Positions 50,663 through 64,000 of a stretch of DNA of 64,000 nt are shown here, piece by piece. Position 1 is the first letter of the stretch. Each line of letters opens with the position of its first letter. The notes beneath the pieces are model-generated. The model ran no database searches. It was not told the DNA's origin and saw nothing but the letters and a program-made list of their open reading frames with translations. Source of the DNA: Paramecium tetraurelia (lineage: Eukaryota); NCBI GenBank assembly GCA_000165425.1, contig CT867989.1, positions 124,001 through 188,000 of the forward strand. The letters run 5' to 3'. Both the position numbers and the translations under genes were made by a program.

Positions 50663-52231
50663 ATGAGAATCCAAAAAAATATAAATTAATATATATAAGT
50701 TCATCGTCATATTCTTTCGAAAGAATCTACTCTTAATTTATTTAATAAAATTGTATGATTAATCAGTGCAGTAAGAAATCTTTCTTCTCTTACTTTTAAT
50801 TGAAATGGGAAACTATAACTCAAAGATCCTTTGATCTTTAGAATGTATTCTAGATTATTTTGAATTCAAAAGGCAAATGTCAAAAAGCACAACTTAAATT
50901 GTCTAAATAATTTCTATGTTTAAATGATGTAAATATATGGCTTATTAGAAATTAGAAAGAACAACTTAATGTTTCAAATTACATGATTACAAAAGTAGAA
51001 CACAAAATTTTGGGTTCAGGTATCAGGATATATTCCTTTGAATTTTCATTGGAATTTTATGGTTCCATTGAAAAGTGGTTTGATCAATTGAGTCTCTATT
51101 GTATTTAAACTAATTTTACTCAAAAATACTAAGTTTAAAAGTTAGTCGGAGCTGGAACTTATGGCAAAGTATATTTGACTGAATTAATTGTAGGTCTATC
51201 GTGTAAAAAACAAAATTAATCAAAATATATATGCAGTGAAGACCTTTGAAAAACAACTTCTAAGTTCTCTTGATGATTAGGAAGGCTTGGTCAAGGAAAT
51301 CGGAATTCTGAGGACCTTAGATCATAGAGGTGTCATAAAACTTCATGAAGTATATGAGAGCGAATAGTTCATTTTTTTGGTTTTTGAATTTCTATAGAAT
51401 AAGACACTAAATGACACATTGGAAAGAGGAGTTACAATAGCAGAATCTTAGGCCTTCAATATAATTAAGGATCTACTTGAAACAGTGTTATATATTCATG
51501 AGTAAGGGATTTTACATAGAGATTTAAAACCTGATAATATATTATTGAGAAATGAAACATAAAAATATGTTATAATAGATTTTGGATTAGCTGACATATA
51601 CAGGGAGGATGGTCAGTATTTATTTATTAAGTGTGGAACTCCAGGATATTGTGCACCAGAAGTCTTGTGCAATTAAAATTATGATCAAAAGGTAGATGTC
51701 TTCAGTCTTGGGATTATTCTATATTAGATGTTGACAGGCTTTAATCCCTTCTATTCAAAGAATTATGATGATAGGTATAAGCTAAATAAAGAGTCAAAAC
51801 TGGATTACAGCAAAGTTAAAGTGTCTTATGATGCTCTTGATTTGCTCTAAGGCATGTTGAATCGAAACCCATAGAAGCGACTTAGTGCTAAGGAAGCCTT
51901 GAATCATCGTTATTTTCAATAACAAAAGCAACATCATCATGTTCCTTCACTTTCCCATCTCTCTGATACACTTTTGAATACTGGAAGCTAGATTTCATCG
52001 CCTCGATATGAGGGAAATTTCAATTTTTTTGAAATAGGTGAGTCTTCCAGTCGTTTCACAAGTCCTTTACTCTCTCCAAAATTAAGTCCAAGATTTGAGG
52101 AATTAGATAAGGAAATTGTGAATCATTAGAATATTTACAGTTTGCATGTAAATAATATGAAAGCGGGGGGATAAAAAATAAATTATGATGAAACTTTAGA
52201 GAAGCTGATTTAGAAATATTAAAGGACTTGA
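50663..52231 (+). CDS. Ser/Thr protein kinase (CAMK-like) with N-terminal PH-like region
   Basis: VGAGTYGKV, YAVK, HRDLKPDNI, DFGLA, CGTPGYCAPE, DVFSLG. Confidence 0.92.
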
Positions 52232-52313
52232 ATTTTATTTAATTTACATCCATTTGGATATAAAAAGTCTTTAGTTGACTTTTTTAATTGAATTATTAAT
52301 AATATCAATTTTA

Positions 52314-53760
52314 ATGTAATATGAAAATGATCCTATTGATAGAGACACCTTAAGAAGAGATCAGTAACTAAATAGTTTTTTGTCTAAAATCCGTGAGCAA
52401 GTCATGAAAGGTTATGTGGTAGAAGTTAAAACAAGAGCCAACACTTAACATTAAGTAAAAATATTGATCAAATTAGTTAGAAAATAACTCAAAGTAAAGT
52501 TCTGGGCTTTCATCTAGGAGCAATTCTTTGATTAAAGAGTACAGATTAAATTAAAATGAGATTATAAAGGATCTAGACGAAATTATAATATAATCTGAAC
52601 GTGATAACTAATAAACTATTCGATTAACCAACTCATATTGTTAATCTCCTCCGAAGGTTAAGTGGGAAATTATGAAACCCATTGTTTTGGATGATCATTT
52701 GTAATCTGAGCAAACATTTCAATCCGTCCCAAGTAAATTAGATATAAACAGTCCTCTTTATTAAATTAATAAATAATTAGAAGAGATTGAGACTAATTAG
52801 GAAACTGGAAATTGCGTTGAGTTTATTAAAATACTAAAGCAAATATCTCTTGACTTAAGAGAACATATGAAAACAAGCGGAGATTCTAAAAATTAATAAA
52901 TTGTTAACGGAATCCAAATGGTCAGAACGTTATGCTTACTAACAAAATTTTATAAGTAAATAGCTGATTTCCAGCATGCAATCAGGTCACTTAAAAAAAT
53001 AAAGAAGTTTTTTTTAATTACTGATCCCAATTTAGTAGGAAAAATATAGATTGAATTGGGAAAATTATACTTTCTCAATCAATCATACGATATTTCTTAG
53101 AAAACTTTTTATGAGGCTCTCTTGCATTATGAAAAGTTGTAATGGAAATCAGAAATATCATCCATTTTATTATGGATGGCTAAAATAAATTCCATAACAA
53201 GTATATAAATGAACTTATGGTAGAAAACTTTGAATCTGCTAAAAAATTGGTTTATGGAGCCATCTCAATTTTAAAAGAGTATCTTCAAGATGATGATGAA
53301 TAAATTGCTGAAGCGTACATTATTTTAGGGGAATGCAGTTACTTAGCCAAAAATTAAGAACAAGCATTGGAATTTCTAAAGAAAGCAATTTAGATGAAGT
53401 TTAAAAAGTATAACACCTACAATCACATACGATTTGTAGAGGCTTACAATTTGGTTGGTTTGACATATGGGTTGGTTCCTGACATTTAATAATCTCTTAA
53501 ATACTTCATATAGGCTTTATAATGTTTTTAGTACTACATTTTTTAAACCTAGATATAACTGTGTTTAGAGAGCTTAAATTCTTAATAACATAGCTGTGAT
53601 TTATCAATCTTAAGGTGATATAGAAAAAGCTTAAAAATGCCATATCAAAGCAAAAGAAATCTATACTACTTATTTACCAAACAAAAAACATCATTAAATG
53701 GAGAGATTACTCTTAAATCAAACAAGTCTATCTCGTTTTTAGGGTAATAGTTAATAATGA
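52314..53760 (+). CDS. Tetratricopeptide-repeat protein
   Basis: Repeated TPR-like units (IAEAYIILGECSY...ALEFLKKAI, EAYNLVGLTY, AQILNNIAVIYQSQGDIEKAQKCHIKA). Confidence 0.8.
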
Positions 53761-53839
53761 ATTTAATATATCTTTTATTTTATGTGAATTTCAAAACCTT
53801 TAATAAGCATTCTAAACTATCTTAAATGAAATAATAAAA

Positions 53840-55096
<1,257 letters not shown>

Positions 55097-55158
55097 TTTA
55101 ATTAATAATATTTATAGATGTGGGTAATGGGGATTTGTTTATATAATTAAATTTAAAT

Positions 55159-56623
55159 ATGAAGCTGAAGAGGTTTCTCTTGAGATACTACCCTCCTGGC
55201 ATCATTCTAGAGTACATTCGCAGTAATGGAGAATAGGAGACAAAGTCTATTGATTTGTTAAATCTAAGCAATGAGTAATGTTTGCATTTTATCAATAGTA
55301 CGGATGTGGATCAGTTGGTCGATGAAATTGTGATGGAGGAACCAATCATTTCAGAAAACAGAAAGCCTCAACTAGCAGCATTGATTCGCAGTATCAACCT
55401 ATTTTATTTAGAACTTATCGAAAAGATCGAATCAAAAAAGGAACAATCATTCGAGTTATTCAAGACCCTCAAGGGTCATATGTTGCCTCTAACAAATTGT
55501 GCATTCAATAAGAACGGGGACAAGTATTGATTCCACTATGTAGATTCATCACAGGTAGTTATGATAGAACTTGTAAAGTATGGGACACTTTCACAGGAGA
55601 ATAATTAGTCTCCTTGGAAGGTCACAAGAATGTTGTTTATTGCATTGCATTCAACAATCCGTTTGGGTATTCTTAAATCAATATTCCCAAAGAGATCGCG
55701 TTGTCACAGGCTCTTTTGATAAAACTGCGAAAATATGGGATGCCAATTCAGGAAAGTGCCTTCAAACACTTGTGGGTCATCAATATGAAATAGTTTGCAT
55801 ATCCTTTGATCCTCATTCCTTACTTGTGGCAACAGGATCAATGGATAAAACTGCGAGATTATGGGATGTTGAGACAGGAAAATAAATTGCCAGATTGGAT
55901 GGACACGAGGGTGAAATTGTCAGTTTACATTTCAATTCTGATGGTGATAAATTACTCACAGGTTCATTTGATAAAACTGCAATGGTAAACTTGTTCTTTA
56001 CAACATAGATATGGGATGTGAGATCTGGGGAATGTATCCACATTTTAGACGAACATACAGGAGAGATTTCTAGCACTTAGTTTGAATTCACAGGGGATTA
56101 TTGTGGTACTGGCTCCATAGATAAGTAATTAAACTATTAGACTTATAGAACTTGCAAAATTTGGGATATTAAAACTGGAAAATGCATAGAAACTCTCAGG
56201 GGACATTAAGATGAAGTTCAAGATATCTGCTTCAATTCTACAGGTTTCTTTTTTCATCTATTATCTCCAAGGAACTAGATTAGTCACAGTCTCAGCTGAT
56301 GCAACAGGAAGACTTTATAATGTCCATACTGGAGAGTGCATAGCCCAACTCTTAGGACACAAAGGAGAAATCTCTAAAGTTGCTTTTAATCCATCAGGAA
56401 ATAAAATTATTACAGCTAGTGCTGACAATACAGCAAGAATATTGTAAATATCGCTCCTATCTATTTAAGTTCAGAAACGGGTGAATGTCTGTAAGTATTG
56501 GAAGGTCATACTGATGAAATATTTAGTTGTGCATTCAATTATGAAGGAGATATAATTATCACAGGATCTAAAGATAATACATGCAAAATTTGGAAAGAAG
56601 CTAATCTTTAGGTTAAAAAATGA
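55159..56623 (+). CDS. DAW1: Dynein assembly factor with WD repeats 1 (WDR69/ODA16)
   Basis: Diagnostic N-terminus [48 protein letters not shown], multiple WD40 repeats, many tiny introns. Confidence 0.96.
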
Positions 56624-57084
56624 CTGTTTCCATTTATATCTATATATATATTCATTAAACCCTCTATGAATGCGATGGAATTATTTATCTATCGCATTTA
56701 TCCTTATTTCGTTTATTCAACAACAATTGATTCCTTTTTTCAAAGATTCTGCTATTTTATAATAGAAGATCAGATATTAAATAGTTGTTATTTCAAACGT
56801 ATTTATAAATAGTATCATCATATTGAAATATTTGATGATGAAACAACTATTATCTAGAAAAATACTCTTTGCCTTAATGATTTTTCATTTATAAAATATT
56901 GAAATAAAAAAAAACAGAATTTCATAAAAGACAAAAATATCGTACAGATTTTTATTTTCACAAAATTTAGTTAATTTATGTAAACGCAACATATATTCTT
57001 CAGAAAAGAATGTATATCTAATTCTACAGGTTTTCAACATAATTTAAATATAAAAATTGAAGTTTATAATTAATTAAATTACAA

Positions 57085-59010
57085 ATGGACGACACTATAA
57101 AAGAGTCAGCTTATTTACTCAGCATTGCATATTTACTATTGGGTTTAATATTTATTTTGTTGGCCCTTTATAGTATACCTTGTCTTTGGAAGGCTTGGAA
57201 ATGTAAGCAATTCTTTCCAAAAATTTTTTATCTGTTCATATTAGCTATTTGTTGTGACTAAGCAACGTACTAGGTGCTCTATTTATATGAAGTATTTAGA
57301 ACTTATTTCAAAGGTCATTACAGCCATAAAGCAAGAAAAAGATGAGAACTCATAAACAGAATCATTCCGTATAATTTTCTTTCAAACAATCTATGTTCCA
57401 GATGCCATCTTCTTTGTTATCTATTTTTCACTATTTTGGCAGTTCTTGATAATGATGCACCATGGTAGAATTAAAACTGGAAGCATTTTAGTTGGTATAA
57501 CACATGTCAAATAAATCAGGTAAAAGGAACTGGAATCCGTAGTAGGCCAATTCAAAAGTTCGTATAATATTATACCTGTATATAATTGGTTAAGCTACTG
57601 TAATTTGGTTATTCATGGCCTAAGGACTATCACCTAAAGCAATAATGATATGTGATATAGCTGTTAATGCTTCTGTGCCAATTATTGTAATAATTATGGT
57701 TCTGTACCTAAATATTAAATTTTCTGGCTCGCCTTTTGTGTCAAACAGATATGAGAAAAGTAACAACAAAATACAATAACTATTATGGATTTGGATTTTA
57801 TTAAGAATTCCTTAATTGGCTGTTAATGTAGTAATAGTTGTTTATAATGATGAGTTGATAGCTTTAATGGGTGGGAAATTGAAGGTAACTTTTATTGAAT
57901 AGTTATTTTTGATTTTGTTTATAGTTGGGGATATTATAATTGTGTAAATCATACCAGTGATGATGGCAATGTCTAATAGTTTTGTGAGTGCATTATTACT
58001 AGATCACAATAGAATGAATTAGCTTTTTAGTGTGGAAACCTTTTCAGGTGAAATGAATGTATAGGAATAAACACAGCGTTAAGCTCCTCTTAAAAACAAC
58101 CTTCGAGATGATTCTTTATTTAAAGACTTAAAATTAAAAGATTTAGAAATTAATGATAGACAGTTCTTTAGGAAATACAACGGATTTGGGGAAATTAAAG
58201 TTGCTACTATAAAAAGAGACGCTAAGAAATATGCAGTCAGAATTATTTAATTTAAAGAATTAAGTTCTTTTTTAATAGATGAGACTAAATAGGAAATTGA
58301 ATAGATCAATAATATTAAAAAGGGATATAAGATTCTTTGGTTTGATTTTAATGAATCAAGCATGTATCTATTGTCAAAATTTTACCCTAATTCAAATTTA
58401 AATAACTTTATTCATAAGAACACTGGTACCGATAATTAGCAAATCAAAGATATAACAAGTAGTTATACAAACAAATAATTGCTGATTCGAGTCAATATTG
58501 CTTCTGATCTCATTAAAGCTATATAGAATTTGCATGATTAAAATGTTGTTCATGGACATCTAAACTCAAGTAATGTGTTGTTTAACGATAAATTCAAACT
58601 TAAAATTGTGGATTATGGGCTAAGAGCAATAAAAAAATATGCTAGTTTAGTTAATGGATATGCTAATAAGAATGGATTTATAGCACCTGAATGTTTGAGC
58701 GATAAGGGTAGTGTAGTTTCTCACTCAGCCATTAAAGAATCCGATATTTATTCATTCGGAATGATTCTCTATCAATTATTTACTGAAACTATACCTTTCT
58801 ATGTATATATTTCATCTAAATTAGAATATGCCATAAAAAGAAATAATTCAACTTGTTTAAGAATAATAATCAAGACCCAAAATTCCAGCATCCCTTAACT
58901 CAAATATTGCAACTTTAATTAGATGTTGCTGGTAATAAGACCCTGTTAAAAGACCTAATTACAATTAGATTCTATCAACTTTGAAACAAATATCAGATAG
59001 TTTAGAATGA
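57085..59010 (+). CDS. Seven-TM (TOM1/GPR137-like) protein fused to a TKL-like pseudokinase domain
   Basis: Seven hydrophobic segments including YVPDAIFFVIYFSLFWQF and IIIVQIIP, then kinase-fold motifs YAVR, HGHLNSSN, DYG, APE, DIYSFG, CWQQDPVKRP. Confidence 0.85.
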
Positions 59011-59178
59011 TAAGCTTGTTTTTTATTATTATTTTAATTATAAATTTTGTGATACATTAATTAAAATATCAATTAAATAAGAATACAGAAAATTCTGCAA
59101 AATCATATATTCACTCCTTTCTATAAGATATTTATCATTTTAAATTAAATATCAAACCTAAACATTAACATAATTAAA

Positions 59179-60554
59179 ATGAAATTTCTTTCTGAGTTTG
59201 CGTTATTAAATTTGGGAAACTTAATCTGTACTCTTGGATTGTCATTGATCGCTCCATTTTATCCTACTTATGCTCTGAAGTTCGATGTCAAAGGATCTTT
59301 ATTGGGACTTATTTTTGGAATTAATCCAATCGGAGGAATGTTGTCTTCATTAATAGTTGGAAAAATCTTAAATAATGTAACCAATTTATACTTATATAAA
59401 GAAAAACCAAACCACTCTTTTATCATTAGGAATGCTTATTTAATCGATTGGATTATTTTGCTTCCCACTTTTAACACTCACTAACGATAGAACAATGTTT
59501 ATTACAATCTCATTATTAGGAAGATTTATTAGTGGATTTGTAAATTATCATCATTATATCGTAGGGAGCTTCAGCATTTTTGACTCCACTTTATGCAGCC
59601 ATTCCATAGAAATATCCAGAATCAGTTGATTAAAAAATGGCGATTGCAGAATTCTTTTCCTCTTTTGGATATCTATGTGGACCAGTAATAGGGTCTCTTT
59701 TATACACTCTTGGAGGTTTCTCATTTCCATTTATACTTTTTGCATCTTGCTCTGTGATCATAGCCATAATTTTAAAATTAAACATCAATAATAATGCATA
59801 AAAAACAATTGTTGAAAATTCTGAACCTATAATAAACCCTGAATACGATATAAATTATTAATCAGAATCAATACTTCAAAATGAATAATTGGAATCTTCA
59901 ATTGGCTATACATAGCTAATTAAATTATTTCCAGTTGTTTCCTCATTACTGGTAATGTTGGCGGTATGCATGACTTTTACATTTTTTTCACCAATATCAT
60001 CACTTTACTTTGAAGAACAATTTGGTGTGCCACCAGAAAATGTAGGCTATTACATGGCAGCAGCACCATTGGCATATAGCATTGGAGCTATAATAATCTC
60101 AAAAATTACATTTAATAAATAGAGAGCTATACTATCTGGAATGGTTTTAGTAACAATTGCTTAGTTTTTTATGGGTCCCGATCCATTAATGAATATTGAT
60201 CCATAAATTTACATCACTGTTAGTGCATAATTTATTTTTGGATTATTTTCAGCCGCTCCTTATATTTTGATTCTCCCTTATATTACCCAAAATTTGGAAA
60301 AAAAATTTAAGAAGTCAGATCATGAAAAATGTATATCATTAGCATCGGGCTTATTTAATGCAGTAATTTCAGCAGGAGAGTGCTTAGGCCCAATATTCTC
60401 AGGTACGCTTTCTGAATTCTTTTCCTATCAAAGAGCATGCAGTTTTTTGGGTTTATATTTAGTTGCCACAACTTTATTTTTCTTCCCAAATTTATTTTTG
60501 TCAAAGAAAAAATCTAAGAAAAGCTAAGTTAAAGCTTATGAAGAATATTTGTGA
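59179..60554 (+). CDS. MFS transporter, SLC18B1-like (copy 1)
   Basis: SLIAPFYP, GRFISG, GPVIGSLLYTLGGFSFPF, SGLFN...GECLGP, two introns. Confidence 0.9.
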
Positions 60555-60656
60555 TTCAAGTTCATTTGTTTATGACTTCTGTATTAATAATCAATTAGTT
60601 TTATTATAATTTATGAATATTTTTAATATTTTTTTTAATTCTAATAGAATTAATAG

Positions 60657-62399
60657 ATGCAAATAGTTATTAATAGGATGGAATATAGAAATGTGTAATT
60701 AATTTAAAACGGATAAGAAGGAAATCTGTATTTGGCTAAATAAAAAAATCAAGAAGTTGTTATAAAACACTTATCTCTAAAGGAAAAAGAAATAAAAATT
60801 TTAGAAAAATTGATGTCTAATCCACCAAGCAATTTTGTAAAAATAATAGACTTTGATAGAGAATCCTACATTGTAATGGAAAAGGGCGATGGCACTTTAA
60901 AATAATATTTAGAGAGAGAATAATTTAAATAATTAAGCATTCTATAGAAAATTAAATTATTTGAATAAATTGCAAATGGAATTTTGGAACTTCATTCTAG
61001 ATATCTAATTCATCGTGATTTAAAACCTGATAACATAATATTTTTATAACAACAAGATCAAACAATTTTAAAGCTTATTGATACTGGTTAGATGGATTAA
61101 TTAAGTGATAAAGTTTTATTCTTATCAGAATTTGCTGGAACTGAAAATTATAGAGCTCCAGAATTTTTCTAAGAAAGAATACAATACAATAATAAAATCG
61201 ATATTTGGGCTCTTGGTCTCATATTTTATGAAATGATTACAGGATAAAGTTTAATTTAAAAAAAGAAACAAATTAAAGATTCACAATATATTAAATCGAA
61301 AATTGAATCAATTAATATGTTTAAAGAAAATATTCAAGAATTGCTTTATAATATGCTTGAGTAATCTTATTTTTAGAGATGGTCTGCTCAATCACTTATG
61401 AAGGAGCTTTAGAGGGTTATTGAAATTATGGAATTGAAAGAAGGATTATAAAAATCAAGAGAACAATGTCAGATTCTTTAAACTAATTGCATGTCTTTAT
61501 CCAATACTAATCTAACTTTGTAAAATTAAATATCAAGTTCAACTCAGAAAATAGAGTTTTTAGATTTAAAATTATAGTAATAAATTGAGTAATCTAATAA
61601 TTAAGCTGCAACAATAGAAAAGTATCAAACTCAAATTTAAATTGCATAGGAAATGAATTCTAATTTTTAGCTTAAAATTAAGTAATTAGAAAAGTAAAAT
61701 GCATAATTAATTATTGAATCAGAAAAACATAAATCTGATCTAATAAAACAATTAGAAGAAAAAAAGATGAATTTGCAATAATATATAGATAAAGAGAACA
61801 TGAAAAATTAATAATAGATTGAGTAATCGGTCCAATGCAATCTAATCCCTTTTAAACATAAAAAATTGGTTCTGTTTGGATTTCCAGGAGCTGGTAAGAC
61901 ATGGGTTTTTAATAAAATATAAGGATAAAGCTAAAGGAATTAAAATGAAAGTACTACAAACTTTTTTGAATATTTTCTTAATGAATAAAATGTTACAATA
62001 GTTGATTCACCTGTTTTTTTAGATTAATCAAACTATGATGAAAGGGAAGAGACTTATAACAATTATGATTCTTATTTTTAAAAAAATTCAATTGATGACA
62101 TTGTCTTGGTCGTTTAATATGAAAGAATTGATTTGATGAAACAATATCTAAATCGCTGTCTAAAAATTTTCAAAGAAATTTCAGCCATAATTGTCACCAG
62201 GTTCGTTGATACCTAGGTTATATCTTAGAACGAAGAAGAACAGGTTAGGGATAAATTTAAATTTTGTAATTCGTCCATCTATTTTACAAATAAAAATGCT
62301 AGCTAAACAGATTTATTAGATATCTTTTTTAAAATAAATTTTAACCAAATATCACCTTAAAAAAATTATTAAGACATTTTTTAGAAATATATCAAATGA
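60657..62399 (+). CDS. Protein kinase, coiled-coil and P-loop GTPase-like fusion protein
   Basis: 580-aa frame read without introns: VVIK, HRDLKPDN, DTG, GTENYRAPE, DIWALG, then a Q/E/K coiled coil, then LVLFGFPGAGKT, TIVDSP, IIVTRF. Confidence 0.85.
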
Positions 62400-62667
62400 T
62401 AATAAAATACATAATAATATTATAAGTTAAATATAACAAACAAATATTACTAACCTTGAATTAAATTAATATATTACTCAGTTTTTAATTAATTTCAACT
62501 TCAAAATGATTATAGATGTAATAATGGGATTTCATTAACATTCATTTAATGAAGAAATAAGAAATTTAGATCTGAAACTGTTTTCAATCCTTTAATTTTA
62601 TAATGAATTTTTATACGATTAAAAAACGAACTTTAATTTTATTTCATTAAATACAAAAACAATTGTC

Positions 62668-63981
62668 ATGAAAACAGAATTAGAATTTGCGTTGTTGAAT
62701 GCTGGTAATTTGTTTTGTTGTCTTGGCTTTTCAATTATCGCCCCATTTTACCCAGCATACGCAAAAGAATTCGAAGTCTCTAATTCAATTTTAGGACTGA
62801 TATTTGGGATGAATCCTATCGGAGGTATGATGGCCTCATTGATAATTGGTAAACTATTAAATAATGTAAATTATTCAGTCATTGTTAGAGTAACCAAAAG
62901 ACGTTTCTATACTTGGGTCTTATCATTCAAGCAGTAGGATAATTTCAATTTCCCCTTCTCTCTTTTGTACATTAGTATGAATACTTTTTAACACTCTCAT
63001 TTATAGGAAGATTTTTGAGTGGCTTTGTAAATATTTAAAATATACTAGGGAGGTTGTACATTCTTAACTCCATTTTACGCCTGCATACCTTAAAAATTTC
63101 CAGAGACGGCAGCTCAGAAAATGGCTATAATTGAATTTTTCTCTTCATTTGGCTATTTAGCAGGAGCAGTCGCTGGCTCAATTCTGTATGAAATAGAAGG
63201 ATTTTATTTTCCGTTTTTAATATTCGGTTCTGCCTCCATTTTGATTGCATTAATAATTAAATTCGGTTTTTAAGAAAATGATTAGATACTTACTGAAAAA
63301 TAATAATAAATTTAAAAAGAAAATTAGATTGGATACTTTACAATTCTAAAAGATTTTTAAGTATTGGCATAATTTAATGTAATTTTTTCAATGTGCCTTG
63401 CATATTCATATTTTCAACCAATATTTGCAATATTCTTTGAAGATCAATTTGATGTACCACCAGTTGACTCAGGATACTATATGTCACTAGCTCCATTCTC
63501 TTATTGTCTTGGAGCTATCCTAATCTCAAGAATTAAGATTCATAAATAAATAACAATTTTAATTGGCATAGGTGTAGTTGCCATTTCAGAATTTTTGATG
63601 GGACCAGACCCTCTATTAGGAATTAGGCCATAATTACATTTGACCATGATAGCCTACTTAATATTTGGATTCTTCATTGCCTTACCATATGTGCTAACAC
63701 TTCCATCCATAAATGAATCCTTGGAACTACGCTTTGAGAAAAAAGACCATGAGAAATGTATCTGCTTAGCATCTGGATTATTCAATTCAATTCTATCAAT
63801 AGGCGAATTTTTGGGACCCTTTCTTTCTGGATTGATTTCAGAGCACTTGGAATTTCCAAGATCTTGCAGTATTCTAGGAATATATTTAATAATGAGCACT
63901 GTATTATACATTCCAAATGTATTCCAAAATAAATTTAAGGCTTAGAGAGTAAAAGTATAGAATTTTGATGAATAATTATGA
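62668..63981 (+). CDS. MFS transporter, SLC18B1-like (copy 2)
   Basis: Paralog of 59179-60554 (SIIAPFYP, GRFLSG, SGLFNSILSIGEFLGP) with the same two intron positions. Confidence 0.9.
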
Positions 63982-64000
63982 AATATTTATATTATATTGG

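Overview
Gene-dense, very AT-rich eukaryotic DNA with the hallmarks of a Paramecium macronuclear chromosome. TAA/TAG read as Gln and only TGA stops (translation table 6), introns are tiny (about 20-30 nt, GT...AG), and many intergenic gaps are under 100 bp. The supplied ORF track uses the wrong code, so I re-read genes by hand; boundaries are manual and approximate where introns are inferred. I find about 36 protein genes and one tRNA-Gln(UUG), and no telomeric repeats, transposons, CRISPR arrays or rRNA. Recognisable genes include HIBCH, a TTLL ligase, ataxin-10-like, NEK kinase, a CNBD K+ channel, an STPG/SHIPPO-repeat protein, RING-SPRY, PP2A B55, RPS27, a MUT-7/EXD3-like exonuclease, three hybrid histidine kinases, GST, two S10 carboxypeptidases, DnaJ, a divergent actin, DAW1 and two MFS transporters. 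The most unusual items are a 7TM (TOM1/GPR137-like) protein fused to a pseudokinase, an intronless kinase-coiled-coil-P-loop GTPase fusion between two MFS paralogs, several apparent pseudo-enzymes (P-loop-less adenylate kinase, degenerate ATP-grasp protein, S10 peptidase lacking its carboxylate-binding site), a potato-inhibitor-I protease inhibitor missed by the ORF track, and a candidate structured RNA upstream of the tRNA. I cannot show a new multi-gene system from sequence alone.
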